Of a stretch of 64,000 bases of DNA, positions 55,659 to 64,000 are shown in pieces. This stretch comes from a virus, in IMG/VR virus record IMGVR_UViG_3300047170_000049, positions 64,001-128,000 of that record, one strand, 5' to 3'. The number at the start of each line of letters is the position of its first letter. The stretch's first letter is position 1. The notes under the pieces were generated by a model. It was not told the DNA's origin. It worked only from the letters and a program-made list of their open reading frames with translations, and did no database searches. The position numbers were made by a program, and so were the translations under genes.

Positions 55659-57268
55659 AACCCAACCTCTACAATGCCGACGGATTTATATGGTCAGAAG
55701 CGTGGCAAGAAGCCGTAATAGGTTATTGCTTCGCCGACACCCGTATGTACGTCAAATGTGTCACGCACCTTAAGCCTAATTGGTTTACGGGCTCACCTAT
55801 GCTTCAGCAAATGTTTACCTCAATGAAGGAGTGGTACGATAAGGCGACGCATTGCCCTGCTTCATACAAAGACATTCTTGAGATGCCTTTCTATGCTGAG
55901 AATGATGCCAAGACCAGGCTTGCATACGACACTAAGTTTGCACGATGCGAAGCCTCAATGAAGAATTTTGACTTGGAAGAACTCCAAGAGAAGCTTACGG
56001 GCTTTGCTAGGGCCTCCATGTTCAAAGAAACCATGCTTTTAGCTGGTGAAGAGTTTGGTACGCGTGCTTATGAGAAGGCATACGAGTGGACCAGCTTAAA
56101 AATCCAAGAATTGTTAAAGACCACCTTTGAAGAAGACCTTCTTGCTATGAATTTAAGTAGTCCAGGCGATTGGCTTGTGGAAGAAAAATCACGAAGAGAG
56201 TTGGCTATTCCAACTGGATGCGGTGCTTTAGATACTGCGTTAGGCGGCGGGTTGTTTAAGCGTGAGACTACAGCAATAATGGCACCAACTAATACTGGTA
56301 AAACGACCTTTATGATTACAATTCTACGTCATGCGCTTGCCACTGGACGTAGAGTGATGTTTTTTTCGCATGAAGGTAGGCCAGAAGCTATTCGATTGAG
56401 CATCCTTACGGCATTGACAGGCATTCCACGACATAAGCTTTACGATATGTACCAAACCGCTCCTGGAAAGGTAATGATTAACCACGCTTCTGCAATAATG
56501 GAGAAGGGGCTTACTTACATTCCATATGCTTTTACAGGTCAGATGTATGTTGAGAACGTCGTGGCTGAGGCAGTTAAGCGCCAAAAAGATGCCATTAGCT
56601 TAAAACAACAGCCTTACGACATTATTATAGACGATTATCCTAAGAAATTAAAATCGAAGTATCGCTCAGGCGCTAAAGATATGGCTTATCGAACTGAGTT
56701 AGCTGAAGTGTACGATGAATTTAACCATCTTTCACAAGAAATCAATGTGCATTGTTTGCTGGCAATCCAGACAAATCGTACTGGGGCTAAGAACAACAAA
56801 GACACCAAGGCTGGGAATTTACTAGACCTTGAAGAAATAGACGAATCTTATGGTGTTGCGCAAAACATGGGCAATATTATCGCCCTAAACCGCTCACCTC
56901 GTGATGCTGAGTTGAATATCATTAATTATACTATTACCAAATCGAGAAATGCTGCGACCCACGTCACAGTAAGTACCAGAACTGCATACGAGTGCTCACT
57001 TACGCATGGTGATGGTGCATTGTTTGAAACCGTTGGTCAATATTTTCTAGCAGAAACGTTTGGCAATAAACCCCGTGGTCTTGGAGCTTACATCACCGAT
57101 GGTACTACAAAACGTGAAGCGCAAGATATTCATGCTTCTTTGTTGGGAATTGAGCGAAAAGAAAACCCGACAGTGCTCGATAATAACTTTAAACTTAAAC
57201 AAGATTATAAACTTTTATCTGATAGCACGAAGCAGCCGAGTCTGCCCAGTGCAACTGAAACCAAATGA
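55655..57268 (+). CDS. replicative DNA helicase (DnaB/SF4)
   Basis: IPTG...LD..LGGG, APTNTGKTT, IIDDY, IQTNR, KSRN. Confidence 0.88.
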   Translation: MKPNLYNADGFIWSEAWQEAVIGYCFADTRMYVKCVTHLKPNWFTGSPMLQQMFTSMKEWYDKATHCPASYKDILEMPFYAENDAKTRLAYDTKFARCEASMKNFDLEELQEKLTGFARASMFKETMLLAGEEFGTRAYEKAYEWTSLKIQELLKTTFEEDLLAMNLSSPGDWLVEEKSRRELAIPTGCGALDTALGGGLFKRETTAIMAPTNTGKTTFMITILRHALATGRRVMFFSHEGRPEAIRLSILTALTGIPRHKLYDMYQTAPGKVMINHASAIMEKGLTYIPYAFTGQMYVENVVAEAVKRQKDAISLKQQPYDIIIDDYPKKLKSKYRSGAKDMAYRTELAEVYDEFNHLSQEINVHCLLAIQTNRTGAKNNKDTKAGNLLDLEEIDESYGVAQNMGNIIALNRSPRDAELNIINYTITKSRNAATHVTVSTRTAYECSLTHGDGALFETVGQYFLAETFGNKPRGLGAYITDGTTKREAQDIHASLLGIERKENPTVLDNNFKLKQDYKLLSDSTKQPSLPSATETK

Positions 57269-57287
57269 GCGATAGCGAGGATTATTT

Positions 57288-57803
57288 ATGCTTGATTTTC
57301 TTAGTAGTGTTAGTAGCGGTCTTGGCGCAACTCTTAATGGCACTAAAACCGTAACAATCCAATTACGATACCAGATTCTTCTGGTGGTAGTTGTATTAGC
57401 TGGCGGCTTTGGCCTGGGTAAGTACACCCAACCAACCAAGGTAGTAACAAAGACTGAAACGGTTGTGAAGACTGTTACGGTTGACCATGTTAATACCGTT
57501 GTGGTGACCAAAGAGGTGGATAAGCCAGATGGAACAAAAGAAATTGATACCACCACGACCGATAAGAGTGTGACCGATACGACCACTCAGTCTGATGAAA
57601 AAACTGACAAGGTTGTCACTAACTCTAAGGCTCAATGGCGCGTTGACGGTTTATATGGAACGCAGATTGGAAGCACGACGGGGTTAGCCAACGGTCCCGT
57701 CTATGGGGTTGGAATTGAAAGACGCATCTTAGGTCCTATATGGGCAGGTGCTCAAGCGAATAGCGACAAACGAGTGGCTTTGACCGTAGGCTTTGAATTC
57801 TAA
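57288..57803 (+). CDS. envelope protein: N-terminal TM helix, Thr/Val-rich stalk, C-terminal beta strands ending in Phe
   Basis: ILLVVVVLAGGFGLG; C-terminal ...VALTVGFEF. Confidence 0.55.
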   Translation: MLDFLSSVSSGLGATLNGTKTVTIQLRYQILLVVVVLAGGFGLGKYTQPTKVVTKTETVVKTVTVDHVNTVVVTKEVDKPDGTKEIDTTTTDKSVTDTTTQSDEKTDKVVTNSKAQWRVDGLYGTQIGSTTGLANGPVYGVGIERRILGPIWAGAQANSDKRVALTVGFEF

Positions 57804-57816
57804 CAAAGAGAACACC

Positions 57817-58065
57817 ATGGACCTTAAGAAATATTTTAGTAAAGTGGATGTCCAAGAGATTGAAAGCATAGTTAACGAAATTAAGAAAGCCAATGGCAGA
57901 GACCTCAGAGAGACTGCCATTGGAATCTTAGTTGCTGGTGATGCCGATAATCACGACCATAAAGGCATTACGCGAGTAGATGGTGATAATGTTGCTTCTA
58001 AAGCATGGATTATTGCCGTACTAACTCACTTAACTTATAAAGGCTACGAGATTAAAAAGAAATGA
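57817..58065 (+). CDS. hypothetical protein
   Basis: ATG 57817 with AGAG RBS. Confidence 0.6.
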   Translation: MDLKKYFSKVDVQEIESIVNEIKKANGRDLRETAIGILVAGDADNHDHKGITRVDGDNVASKAWIIAVLTHLTYKGYEIKKK

Positions 58066-58262
58066 CGTTCTTTAAGTCCAAACCAAAAATAAAGTTTAAA
58101 AGGTATCGAGTAAACAAGCTAGATAAGATGAAAAACTCGTTATCATTTTTGAATAGCAAGTATGGTGGCTTTAGCACCTACGTTAGCTTCCATGACCGAT
58201 ACACATTTGATTATTTTGAGAAGCTTATTAATAACTTTTTTAAACCAGAGGATGAAGGATGA
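58062..58262 (+). CDS. hypothetical protein
   Basis: ATGA overlaps. Confidence 0.55.
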   Translation: MTFFKSKPKIKFKRYRVNKLDKMKNSLSFLNSKYGGFSTYVSFHDRYTFDYFEKLINNFFKPEDEG

Positions 58263-59266
58263 GCGACACGGAGCACGGTTTTAAGATTAAGAGGATTACA
58301 AAAATTGATGATTTGGCCGCAATGACTCCTGGAGATGCCATCGTGCTGCCAGAATCTGACCTTTGCATTCAACATGAAGATGTTTTGGTGCAAATGGACT
58401 TCGTAAGAAAGACTGGTAAGAAGCGTAACGTCAAAATCAAACCAGGGATTTACTCTATTATCAATTCACCCGCTGGAGTAGACATTGAAGCCACCACGCT
58501 CCAATCTAAACTTCTATTAGAGACCATTGACAATACTTCCAAAATTATGAACGAAGCCGACCTCTTCTTTGCAAACTTGGATGTGTACAAAGAATTAGGT
58601 CAACCTGAGAAACGAGCCATTCTTTTGTACTCACCTCCTGGATGTGGTAAGTCTTCTGCTATCGCTAAGTCAGTTAAAGACCTTATCGCCAAAGACCCTG
58701 GTACAGTGGTAATGGTTTGGCCCACTTCAGAAGTAGAAGCTGATGACCTGAGTGACTTCCTTTCAATGCAAAGCGAATACACCCCTGAAGCTACGAAACT
58801 TATCTTAATTATTGAAGATATTGGCGGTGGCGAACGAGACGATGCTGGCGGCCAAGCTGGTGTGGATAGCGGCCTTTTAAACCTCCTAGACGGGGTTACC
58901 GTGACCTTTAAGAAGCCTACCTTTATCATCGCCACCACAAACTTCCCAGAGAAGCTTTTAAGCGTATTAGCAGACCGTCCTGGACGATTTGATGAGACTG
59001 TAGAGCTTACCCCACCTTCTTTTGAAGAAAGGTGCAAATTAGTAGCCTTTATCGCTAAACGCGATTTAACTGAGTCTGAGCAAGACGCCCTATTCCAAAA
59101 CGGGGCTGAGAAATTCTCCATTGCCCATTTAAATGAAGTTGTGGTCCGTTCCAGATTAAAAAAGCAAACTTTGGAAAAAACCATTAAAGATTTAATCAAA
59201 CATACCGAGAAGTTTAATAAGGGATTTAAGAATAAAAGAAAATCCATGGGAATAGGTGAAGAGTGA
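58259..59266 (+). CDS. AAA+ ATPase
   Basis: YSPPGCGKS; IIEDI; TTNFPE...RPGRFD. Confidence 0.9.
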   Translation: MSDTEHGFKIKRITKIDDLAAMTPGDAIVLPESDLCIQHEDVLVQMDFVRKTGKKRNVKIKPGIYSIINSPAGVDIEATTLQSKLLLETIDNTSKIMNEADLFFANLDVYKELGQPEKRAILLYSPPGCGKSSAIAKSVKDLIAKDPGTVVMVWPTSEVEADDLSDFLSMQSEYTPEATKLILIIEDIGGGERDDAGGQAGVDSGLLNLLDGVTVTFKKPTFIIATTNFPEKLLSVLADRPGRFDETVELTPPSFEERCKLVAFIAKRDLTESEQDALFQNGAEKFSIAHLNEVVVRSRLKKQTLEKTIKDLIKHTEKFNKGFKNKRKSMGIGEE

Positions 59267-59493
59267 ACTTAGCAGTAACTTTTCACTACTTGGACAAGAA
59301 CCGCCAACCCCAGGAATTCATTAGGTTCTTTAGGAGTGCTGAAGAGGCAGTTGAAACATTACTAAAATTAAAACATAAGCTACCTAAGATTGGTGGACTT
59401 TTTATAGACTACACGGTATTATCGAGAGATGAGTTTTATAAAAAGGAAGGTAGTGAGTATGAAAAACCAAGCCGACGTAAACGTTATTCCTGA
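59263..59493 (+). CDS. hypothetical protein
   Basis: GTGA overlap. Confidence 0.55.
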   Translation: MNLAVTFHYLDKNRQPQEFIRFFRSAEEAVETLLKLKHKLPKIGGLFIDYTVLSRDEFYKKEGSEYEKPSRRKRYS

Positions 59494-59674
59494 CTCTAAC
59501 GAGGTCGCTATTCCTAGTGACCCGTTCTTTAATCAAATAAAACAAATTGGCGCGCTTAAAACTAGCGGTGGATTAGATTGCACCGTGTATGTGGTGGATT
59601 TCTCCCAAAGCAAGGGTGAAAGAATGGTACTGGAAATTAGCCGTACCACCAACACATGGAAGAAATGCAGGTAA
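59459..59674 (+). CDS. hypothetical protein
   Basis: ATG 59459. Confidence 0.5.
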   Translation: MKNQADVNVIPDSNEVAIPSDPFFNQIKQIGALKTSGGLDCTVYVVDFSQSKGERMVLEISRTTNTWKKCR

Positions 59675-59678
59675 GACC

Positions 59679-60278
59679 ATGGCTAGAGTGCCGACTGATG
59701 ATTTAGAACGGCTGATGCACCACAATGTTCATGTGGCTACTAAGACTATTTACATGGGTAGCGAAGAAGTGGACATTGATGGTAATGAGTCTGGTACGGA
59801 CGCTGCTATGGCTGCACGGATGATTAAAGCCCTGCATCATTTGGACTCTGCTACGGACCCTGAAAAACCCATCACCATTATCATGAATAACTTAGGCGGC
59901 GACGTTCAACATGGTATGGCTATTTACGATGCCATCAAAGCTTGTAAGAGTGAAGTAATTATTAAAGTCTTTGGCCACGCAATGTCCATGGGCTCAATCA
60001 TTCTCCAGGCTGCCGATAAGCGGGTTATGTCACCTAATTCTAAAGTCATGATTCACTACGGCACTGATGGAGCTTATGGCCACCCAAAGATTGCTCAACG
60101 CTGGATGGATGAAGCCAAGAAGTACAACAAATGGATGCTAGAGCTTTACCTAGAAAAAATTAGAGAGAAGCACCCAGACTTTACCAAGAAGCAAATAGAT
60201 AAGTTACTGGATTTTGACACTATTTACAGCGCCAATAAAGCTGTGGAAATGGGATTAGCCGATGAAGTTCTTGAGTAG
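59679..60278 (+). CDS. clpP: ClpP-like protease
   Basis: NNLGGDV..GMAIYDAI, AMSMGSII (Ser), MIH (His), A..AVEMGLAD. Confidence 0.88.
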   Translation: MARVPTDDLERLMHHNVHVATKTIYMGSEEVDIDGNESGTDAAMAARMIKALHHLDSATDPEKPITIIMNNLGGDVQHGMAIYDAIKACKSEVIIKVFGHAMSMGSIILQAADKRVMSPNSKVMIHYGTDGAYGHPKIAQRWMDEAKKYNKWMLELYLEKIREKHPDFTKKQIDKLLDFDTIYSANKAVEMGLADEVLE

Positions 60279-60489
60279 TATTCTTTTTATTTTGCTTATT
60301 TCCGTAGTTCTTGTGGTATTAAGTGGATGTAGTAATGCAGGTTCGCACCGCTTCCAGTTGTCCAATGGCAATATAGTAACTTGTGAAGGCTACATCTCAA
60401 GCAGTTGCGGAATGCACCTTTATAAGTGCGATAGTGGTAATGAATATATTTGTCAAGTTAACGTAAACATATTAGGAGAAAAGAAATGA
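60262..60489 (+). CDS. small Cys-rich lipoprotein
   Basis: Lipobox LSGC. Confidence 0.65.
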   Translation: MKFLSSILFILLISVVLVVLSGCSNAGSHRFQLSNGNIVTCEGYISSSCGMHLYKCDSGNEYICQVNVNILGEKK

Positions 60490-61076
60490 TTGCTACCATG
60501 CAAGAAACCGATGTGAATGGCGAAACCGTAACAACCCACGCTGAAGGTGGAATGGCTACAGGTTCACCATCAGATTCAACTGCCAGTCCAAATCTTAATA
60601 CACCAGAAGCTCCTAAGCCTCCAACGAAGCGTATGCTTAAGATGGCTAAGAAGCAGGGCAAGCAATATAAGAAATTGTTTGCACGCTTTCAAAAGACCCA
60701 AGAAGCTAAGAAAGAAGCTTTGGCTGAAAGACTCTTTAAGCTGAAACAACAAATTGGGAAAGAAGAATTTAAGCTACTTAAGTCTTTAAGCACCGCTGAA
60801 ATTCCTGAAGTAAAGAATGAAGCAGGCGAAGTGACCCGTCCTAAGAGCTTCCACGTCAACTACGATATGATGTTTGCTGAAGCGAAGAACTTAACCGTTC
60901 TCATGCGCCAACGCCGTCTTGAGTCAGGCGAACGTAAGCGAACCACTGGCCGTTCTTCAAAACGTAAGGCACATAAGTCACGTTTGGCAGCGGTAGTTGC
61001 CCGTAACAAACGCTTAGAAGAAGCTGGTAATGCACTTGCAAATGCACAGGCCCCTAAGCAAGATGAAAAAGCTTAA
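60486..61076 (+). CDS. basic hypothetical protein
   Basis: AGGAG RBS; Lys/Arg-rich. Confidence 0.7.
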   Translation: MIATMQETDVNGETVTTHAEGGMATGSPSDSTASPNLNTPEAPKPPTKRMLKMAKKQGKQYKKLFARFQKTQEAKKEALAERLFKLKQQIGKEEFKLLKSLSTAEIPEVKNEAGEVTRPKSFHVNYDMMFAEAKNLTVLMRQRRLESGERKRTTGRSSKRKAHKSRLAAVVARNKRLEEAGNALANAQAPKQDEKA

Positions 61077-61635
61077 CTTTCTTAAAATGCCCACATTGCA
61101 TTCACTTATGACTGAAGAGTCATTTGGTAGAATCAAAGTGGACAAAATGACTGATTGGGAAAAAAGAGAATTTGGATGGTACTCCATTCCACGATACGGA
61201 GCGGAGTTTTCCATCAAAACCTCTGAGATGATTAAGGTGAATGGAGTGGATGTTTTCAACTTCACTCTCTTTGAGTATGTTCGTGAGCAAGTTAAGTATG
61301 CCACTAGCCTATCTTACCCAATTCAGCGTTTAAAGGACTTGATTGATAAGGTTGAGCCCATAACTGCACAATGCGTTTACTCTTCTGACAATAGCCTATT
61401 TGTGGTCAACACGCTAGAGGGTTATGGACCAGCCGATTTCCCAGGTCTTATTAAAGACAATTTTACTAGGCTTTCAAGTCAATACCTAAATATTGATTTT
61501 AACCAACCCAGTACCAAGATTTCTGATGCTGAGGTGTGGAAGCGCGAAGGCAAGTGTCCAGAGTGTGGCTATACGGGTAAGTTCTTCCGTACAGCTTTAA
61601 TTTGCCATAAACATGGCATTTACGCGGGATTTTAA
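61063..61635 (+). CDS. hypothetical protein with C-terminal Zn finger
   Basis: CPECG...CHKHG. Confidence 0.65.
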   Translation: MKKLNFLKMPTLHSLMTEESFGRIKVDKMTDWEKREFGWYSIPRYGAEFSIKTSEMIKVNGVDVFNFTLFEYVREQVKYATSLSYPIQRLKDLIDKVEPITAQCVYSSDNSLFVVNTLEGYGPADFPGLIKDNFTRLSSQYLNIDFNQPSTKISDAEVWKREGKCPECGYTGKFFRTALICHKHGIYAGF

Positions 61636-61854
61636 ATGGATGAATTACTTTACTACGTTTTAATATTTGCCTTTTGGTGGTTCATTGGATTGCCACTTGT
61701 AAGGTACTTAGCTTATAAGTCCGCCGTAAAGTTTTTTGGTAAAACTCCTAACCATCCGATTATACTAGAGAAATGCCCACCACACCGCTGGGTCTATAGC
61801 GAAGCAGGAAGTATGTACTGCAGCCGCTGTAAGAAAGTGCCAGGACAATCATGA
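61636..61854 (+). CDS. membrane-anchored small Zn-finger protein
   Basis: N-terminal TM helix; CPPH...CSRC. Confidence 0.6.
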   Translation: MDELLYYVLIFAFWWFIGLPLVRYLAYKSAVKFFGKTPNHPIILEKCPPHRWVYSEAGSMYCSRCKKVPGQS

Positions 61855-62189
61855 CGCCTGAAGAGAAGGAATTAGAGAAACAAGCTAAATTATTTAAAGC
61901 CGTCTTATATAGACGAGTTAATGCCATACGCCCTGAAATAAATATTGACCTAAGTATGCAAAAACGTGGTATTAGATTTAATGACAATCAATTTATCTTT
62001 GATAAGATAGTTGAGGCAGTTACGGACTTTAGATTGCAAAGTAATGCGGCATTTGACCCTACAAGCAATCCCACGGACTTTCTGCCCCAAACGGTCACCG
62101 CTGGCATATACGACCGCCTAATTATTGATACCTTGTTTGTGTGCTCTAAAGCTGATTTTATTTATGAACAGGATTTGAAGTACCACTAA
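61851..62189 (+). CDS. hypothetical protein
   Basis: ATGA overlap. Confidence 0.65.
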   Translation: MTPEEKELEKQAKLFKAVLYRRVNAIRPEINIDLSMQKRGIRFNDNQFIFDKIVEAVTDFRLQSNAAFDPTSNPTDFLPQTVTAGIYDRLIIDTLFVCSKADFIYEQDLKYH

Positions 62190-62431
62190 TGGACTTTAAA
62201 GTAGGCGATTACGTTGAAACTAGCGAATATGTGGGTAAGGTAATTCACTTAGATGGGAATGAAATCCACATAGACCCTATTTATTTCTTACGGGCCAGTG
62301 AGATGAACACTGACCAAGGAATGAGAATAGATGTTATTCACAAAGGGTCTTCATTTTGGAAGTACGAATTAAGATTATTGCAAGTTAAGTGGGCAGACTT
62401 CAAGCGCCTGCACGAGTTATTATATGCGTAG
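62189..62431 (+). CDS. small SH3/KOW-like protein with C-terminal RLHELLY motif
   Basis: FKVGDYV start; shared C-terminal motif. Confidence 0.65.
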   Translation: MDFKVGDYVETSEYVGKVIHLDGNEIHIDPIYFLRASEMNTDQGMRIDVIHKGSSFWKYELRLLQVKWADFKRLHELLYA

Positions 62432-63251
62432 TTGGATTTTTTCAATTTTGTTCTTATCGAGCACTGTCTGGGCAACACCCAGCATAATCAAAGTCATGTC
62501 AATCGACACTGGCGTAGATGCCACCCAACCTTTAATTCAACAACATATTGACCCCAATGAAGTAGCTGCAGACCCTGCAAGCTATTCAGATGAACACGGT
62601 CATGGAACGCACATTGCTGGCATAATTCTTAAAGATGTTTGCCCACAAGTTAAGTTCTACTCATGTCGCTACTATTACAAAAACGTCCAAAACCCAATTC
62701 TTAAAACAAATGAGTGTTACGAAAAAGCCCTTAACCTTGGAATTAACATCATCAATTATTCGTCCGCTGGTACTGACCCAAATTTAGCAGAATATGACCT
62801 AATAAAAAAACTAATCGACAACCATGTGACTTTTGTAACCGCTGCAGGTAACAACGGGGCTAAAATTGTAAAGCTAAGTAAGGCGGCCATAGCCTATTTA
62901 ATCACATATCGAAATTGTGAATACACAGACTACGCCGCTTTACATTCAAAACAATGCTACGAAAACTCACTCGAAACAAAAAATAAGATTTGGGACACAG
63001 AAGCTCTTATTGCAGATGAATTCCCTGCAGGTTACGACATACCTGGAATAGAAGCTATAGGCAATGTGTGCGATGAATTTCACGCATGGAATCAATCATG
63101 CTTCGTAAGTAACTCTGGGGCCGACTTAGTAAAAGAAGTCGGTGATGGCATTACTTCACTTCTCCCTAATGGAAGAAAAGGTAAGATGAGTGGAACTTCA
63201 CAAGCCGCTGCCGTACACACAAACAAAATATTGAAGGCCCTATGTCAGTAA
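62424..63251 (+). CDS. secreted subtilisin-like (S8) serine protease
   Basis: Signal peptide; IDTG (Asp), HGTHIAG (His), AAGN, SGTSQA (Ser). Confidence 0.88.
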   Translation: MRSWIFSILFLSSTVWATPSIIKVMSIDTGVDATQPLIQQHIDPNEVAADPASYSDEHGHGTHIAGIILKDVCPQVKFYSCRYYYKNVQNPILKTNECYEKALNLGINIINYSSAGTDPNLAEYDLIKKLIDNHVTFVTAAGNNGAKIVKLSKAAIAYLITYRNCEYTDYAALHSKQCYENSLETKNKIWDTEALIADEFPAGYDIPGIEAIGNVCDEFHAWNQSCFVSNSGADLVKEVGDGITSLLPNGRKGKMSGTSQAAAVHTNKILKALCQ

Positions 63252-63547
63252 AAAAATTCATCTGGAAGTACGGCCTTACCGCAATTGCAGCCTTCATGAC
63301 CGCCTACAACAAGGTTTATGAAAAAGTTCGATGGATTGTTAAGTGGCATAAGTTCAAAGTGGGAGATTGGATTTTTGAGAAGCATTGCGTGGCTAAGGTT
63401 CTAGCTGTTGGTTGGAACACTTACCAACTTAAGATGATTACAAAAGAAGGGGTTTTTATTTTCGTGGCCCCGAAGAAGATGGCTGAAAAAGCCTACAAAA
63501 AAATAGATAAGAAGCACCTACAAGCCGTGCTGGTTATCTATGAGTAA
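63242..63547 (+). CDS. small SH3/KOW-like protein
   Basis: FKVGDWI; C-terminal AVLVIYE. Confidence 0.6.
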   Translation: MSVKKFIWKYGLTAIAAFMTAYNKVYEKVRWIVKWHKFKVGDWIFEKHCVAKVLAVGWNTYQLKMITKEGVFIFVAPKKMAEKAYKKIDKKHLQAVLVIYE

Positions 63548-63555
63548 GGAGTAAA

Positions 63556-63780
63556 ATGCGAGCTAACAAAAATGATTACGTTATTTGTGTGGATGATAAT
63601 TCACCCATCGACCATGCAAACAAAAGTCCAGTGTTAAAATTGGGTGAACTATATCAAATTCTTGAAGTACAGCACTACCCAGGTTCTGGGACGTGCATTT
63701 ATAAAGTTAAAAACACTAATACAGGTAAGAGTGATTGGTTTCATGCCGACCGCTTCACCTTTACGAAAAGAGAAACATGA
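63556..63780 (+). CDS. small SH3-like protein
   Basis: AAGGAG RBS; LKLGELYQI...WFHADRF resembles 14723..14992. Confidence 0.6.
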   Translation: MRANKNDYVICVDDNSPIDHANKSPVLKLGELYQILEVQHYPGSGTCIYKVKNTNTGKSDWFHADRFTFTKRET

Positions 63781-63974
63781 TGTTCCTACTAGCTATTTCC
63801 TTAACCTTTCTTTGCTGTTTTTATTTTGGCACCATGCTTGGCTTATGGTTCAGTGATAAAATCACTCGTGACCGTATCAAAGGTCTGCGCGAGCTATACG
63901 AGAGTGAGCACAATTTCCTGGCCAAACAAATTGGGGAATTAAAAAATGAAATCGCCAAAATTAAAGGAAAATGA
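63777..63974 (+). CDS. membrane protein with coiled coil
   Basis: ATGA overlap; N-terminal TM helix. Confidence 0.55.
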   Translation: MMFLLAISLTFLCCFYFGTMLGLWFSDKITRDRIKGLRELYESEHNFLAKQIGELKNEIAKIKGK

Positions 63975-64000
63975 CGCAGTATTTTATCTAGAGCAAAAGA

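Noticed and set aside
1-64000. CRISPR array, integrase, transposase, reverse transcriptase, canonical tRNAs
   Set aside because: No regularly spaced 25-40 nt repeats, no recognisable catalytic motifs and no full cloverleaf with CCA were seen
1-64000. Alternative genetic code (stop-codon reassignment)
   Set aside because: Conserved genes are full length in code 11, and TAA, TGA and TAG all end genes with tight stop/start overlaps. The single in-frame TGA case at 46536 is reported separately

Overview
This 64 kb window is part of a large, ~38-40% GC, probably lytic tailed-phage genome. No integrase, CRISPR array, rRNA or canonical tRNA was seen. The left part (minus strand, to ~36.3 kb) carries a SPO1/Twort/A511-type head module: terminases, portal, MuF, prohead protease, scaffold, major capsid protein and neck proteins. 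It also carries multidomain effector proteins that are probably packaged in the virion (ADP-ribosyltransferase plus kinase; 2H phosphoesterase plus unknown domain plus lytic transglycosylase), thyA, a deaminase, a truncated sigma factor, an SF2 helicase and SbcD. The right part (plus strand) carries GroEL, SbcC, RuvC, dUTPase, DnaE, SSB, RecA, primase, a DnaB-like helicase, an AAA ATPase, ClpP and two secreted proteases. Main signals read directly from the DNA: (1) a 7-copy late-promoter motif with an IHF-consensus site at fixed spacing; (2) a sigma factor lacking region 4.2, plus a separate start-less sigma-4.2-like ORF behind a CAT-TAA-G-CAT site; (3) two FliA/sigma28-type promoters driving inserted islands; (4) a shared (L/M)xK|(S/A/N) motif separating the domains of head-associated proteins; (5) a dispersed family of small proteins sharing a C-terminal LxxL(L)(F/Y) motif; (6) iteron-like repeats near the strand switch; (7) two structured non-coding elements. 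A Bdellovibrionota-like host is inferred, not shown. All product calls come from motif recognition by eye; no database searches were run.
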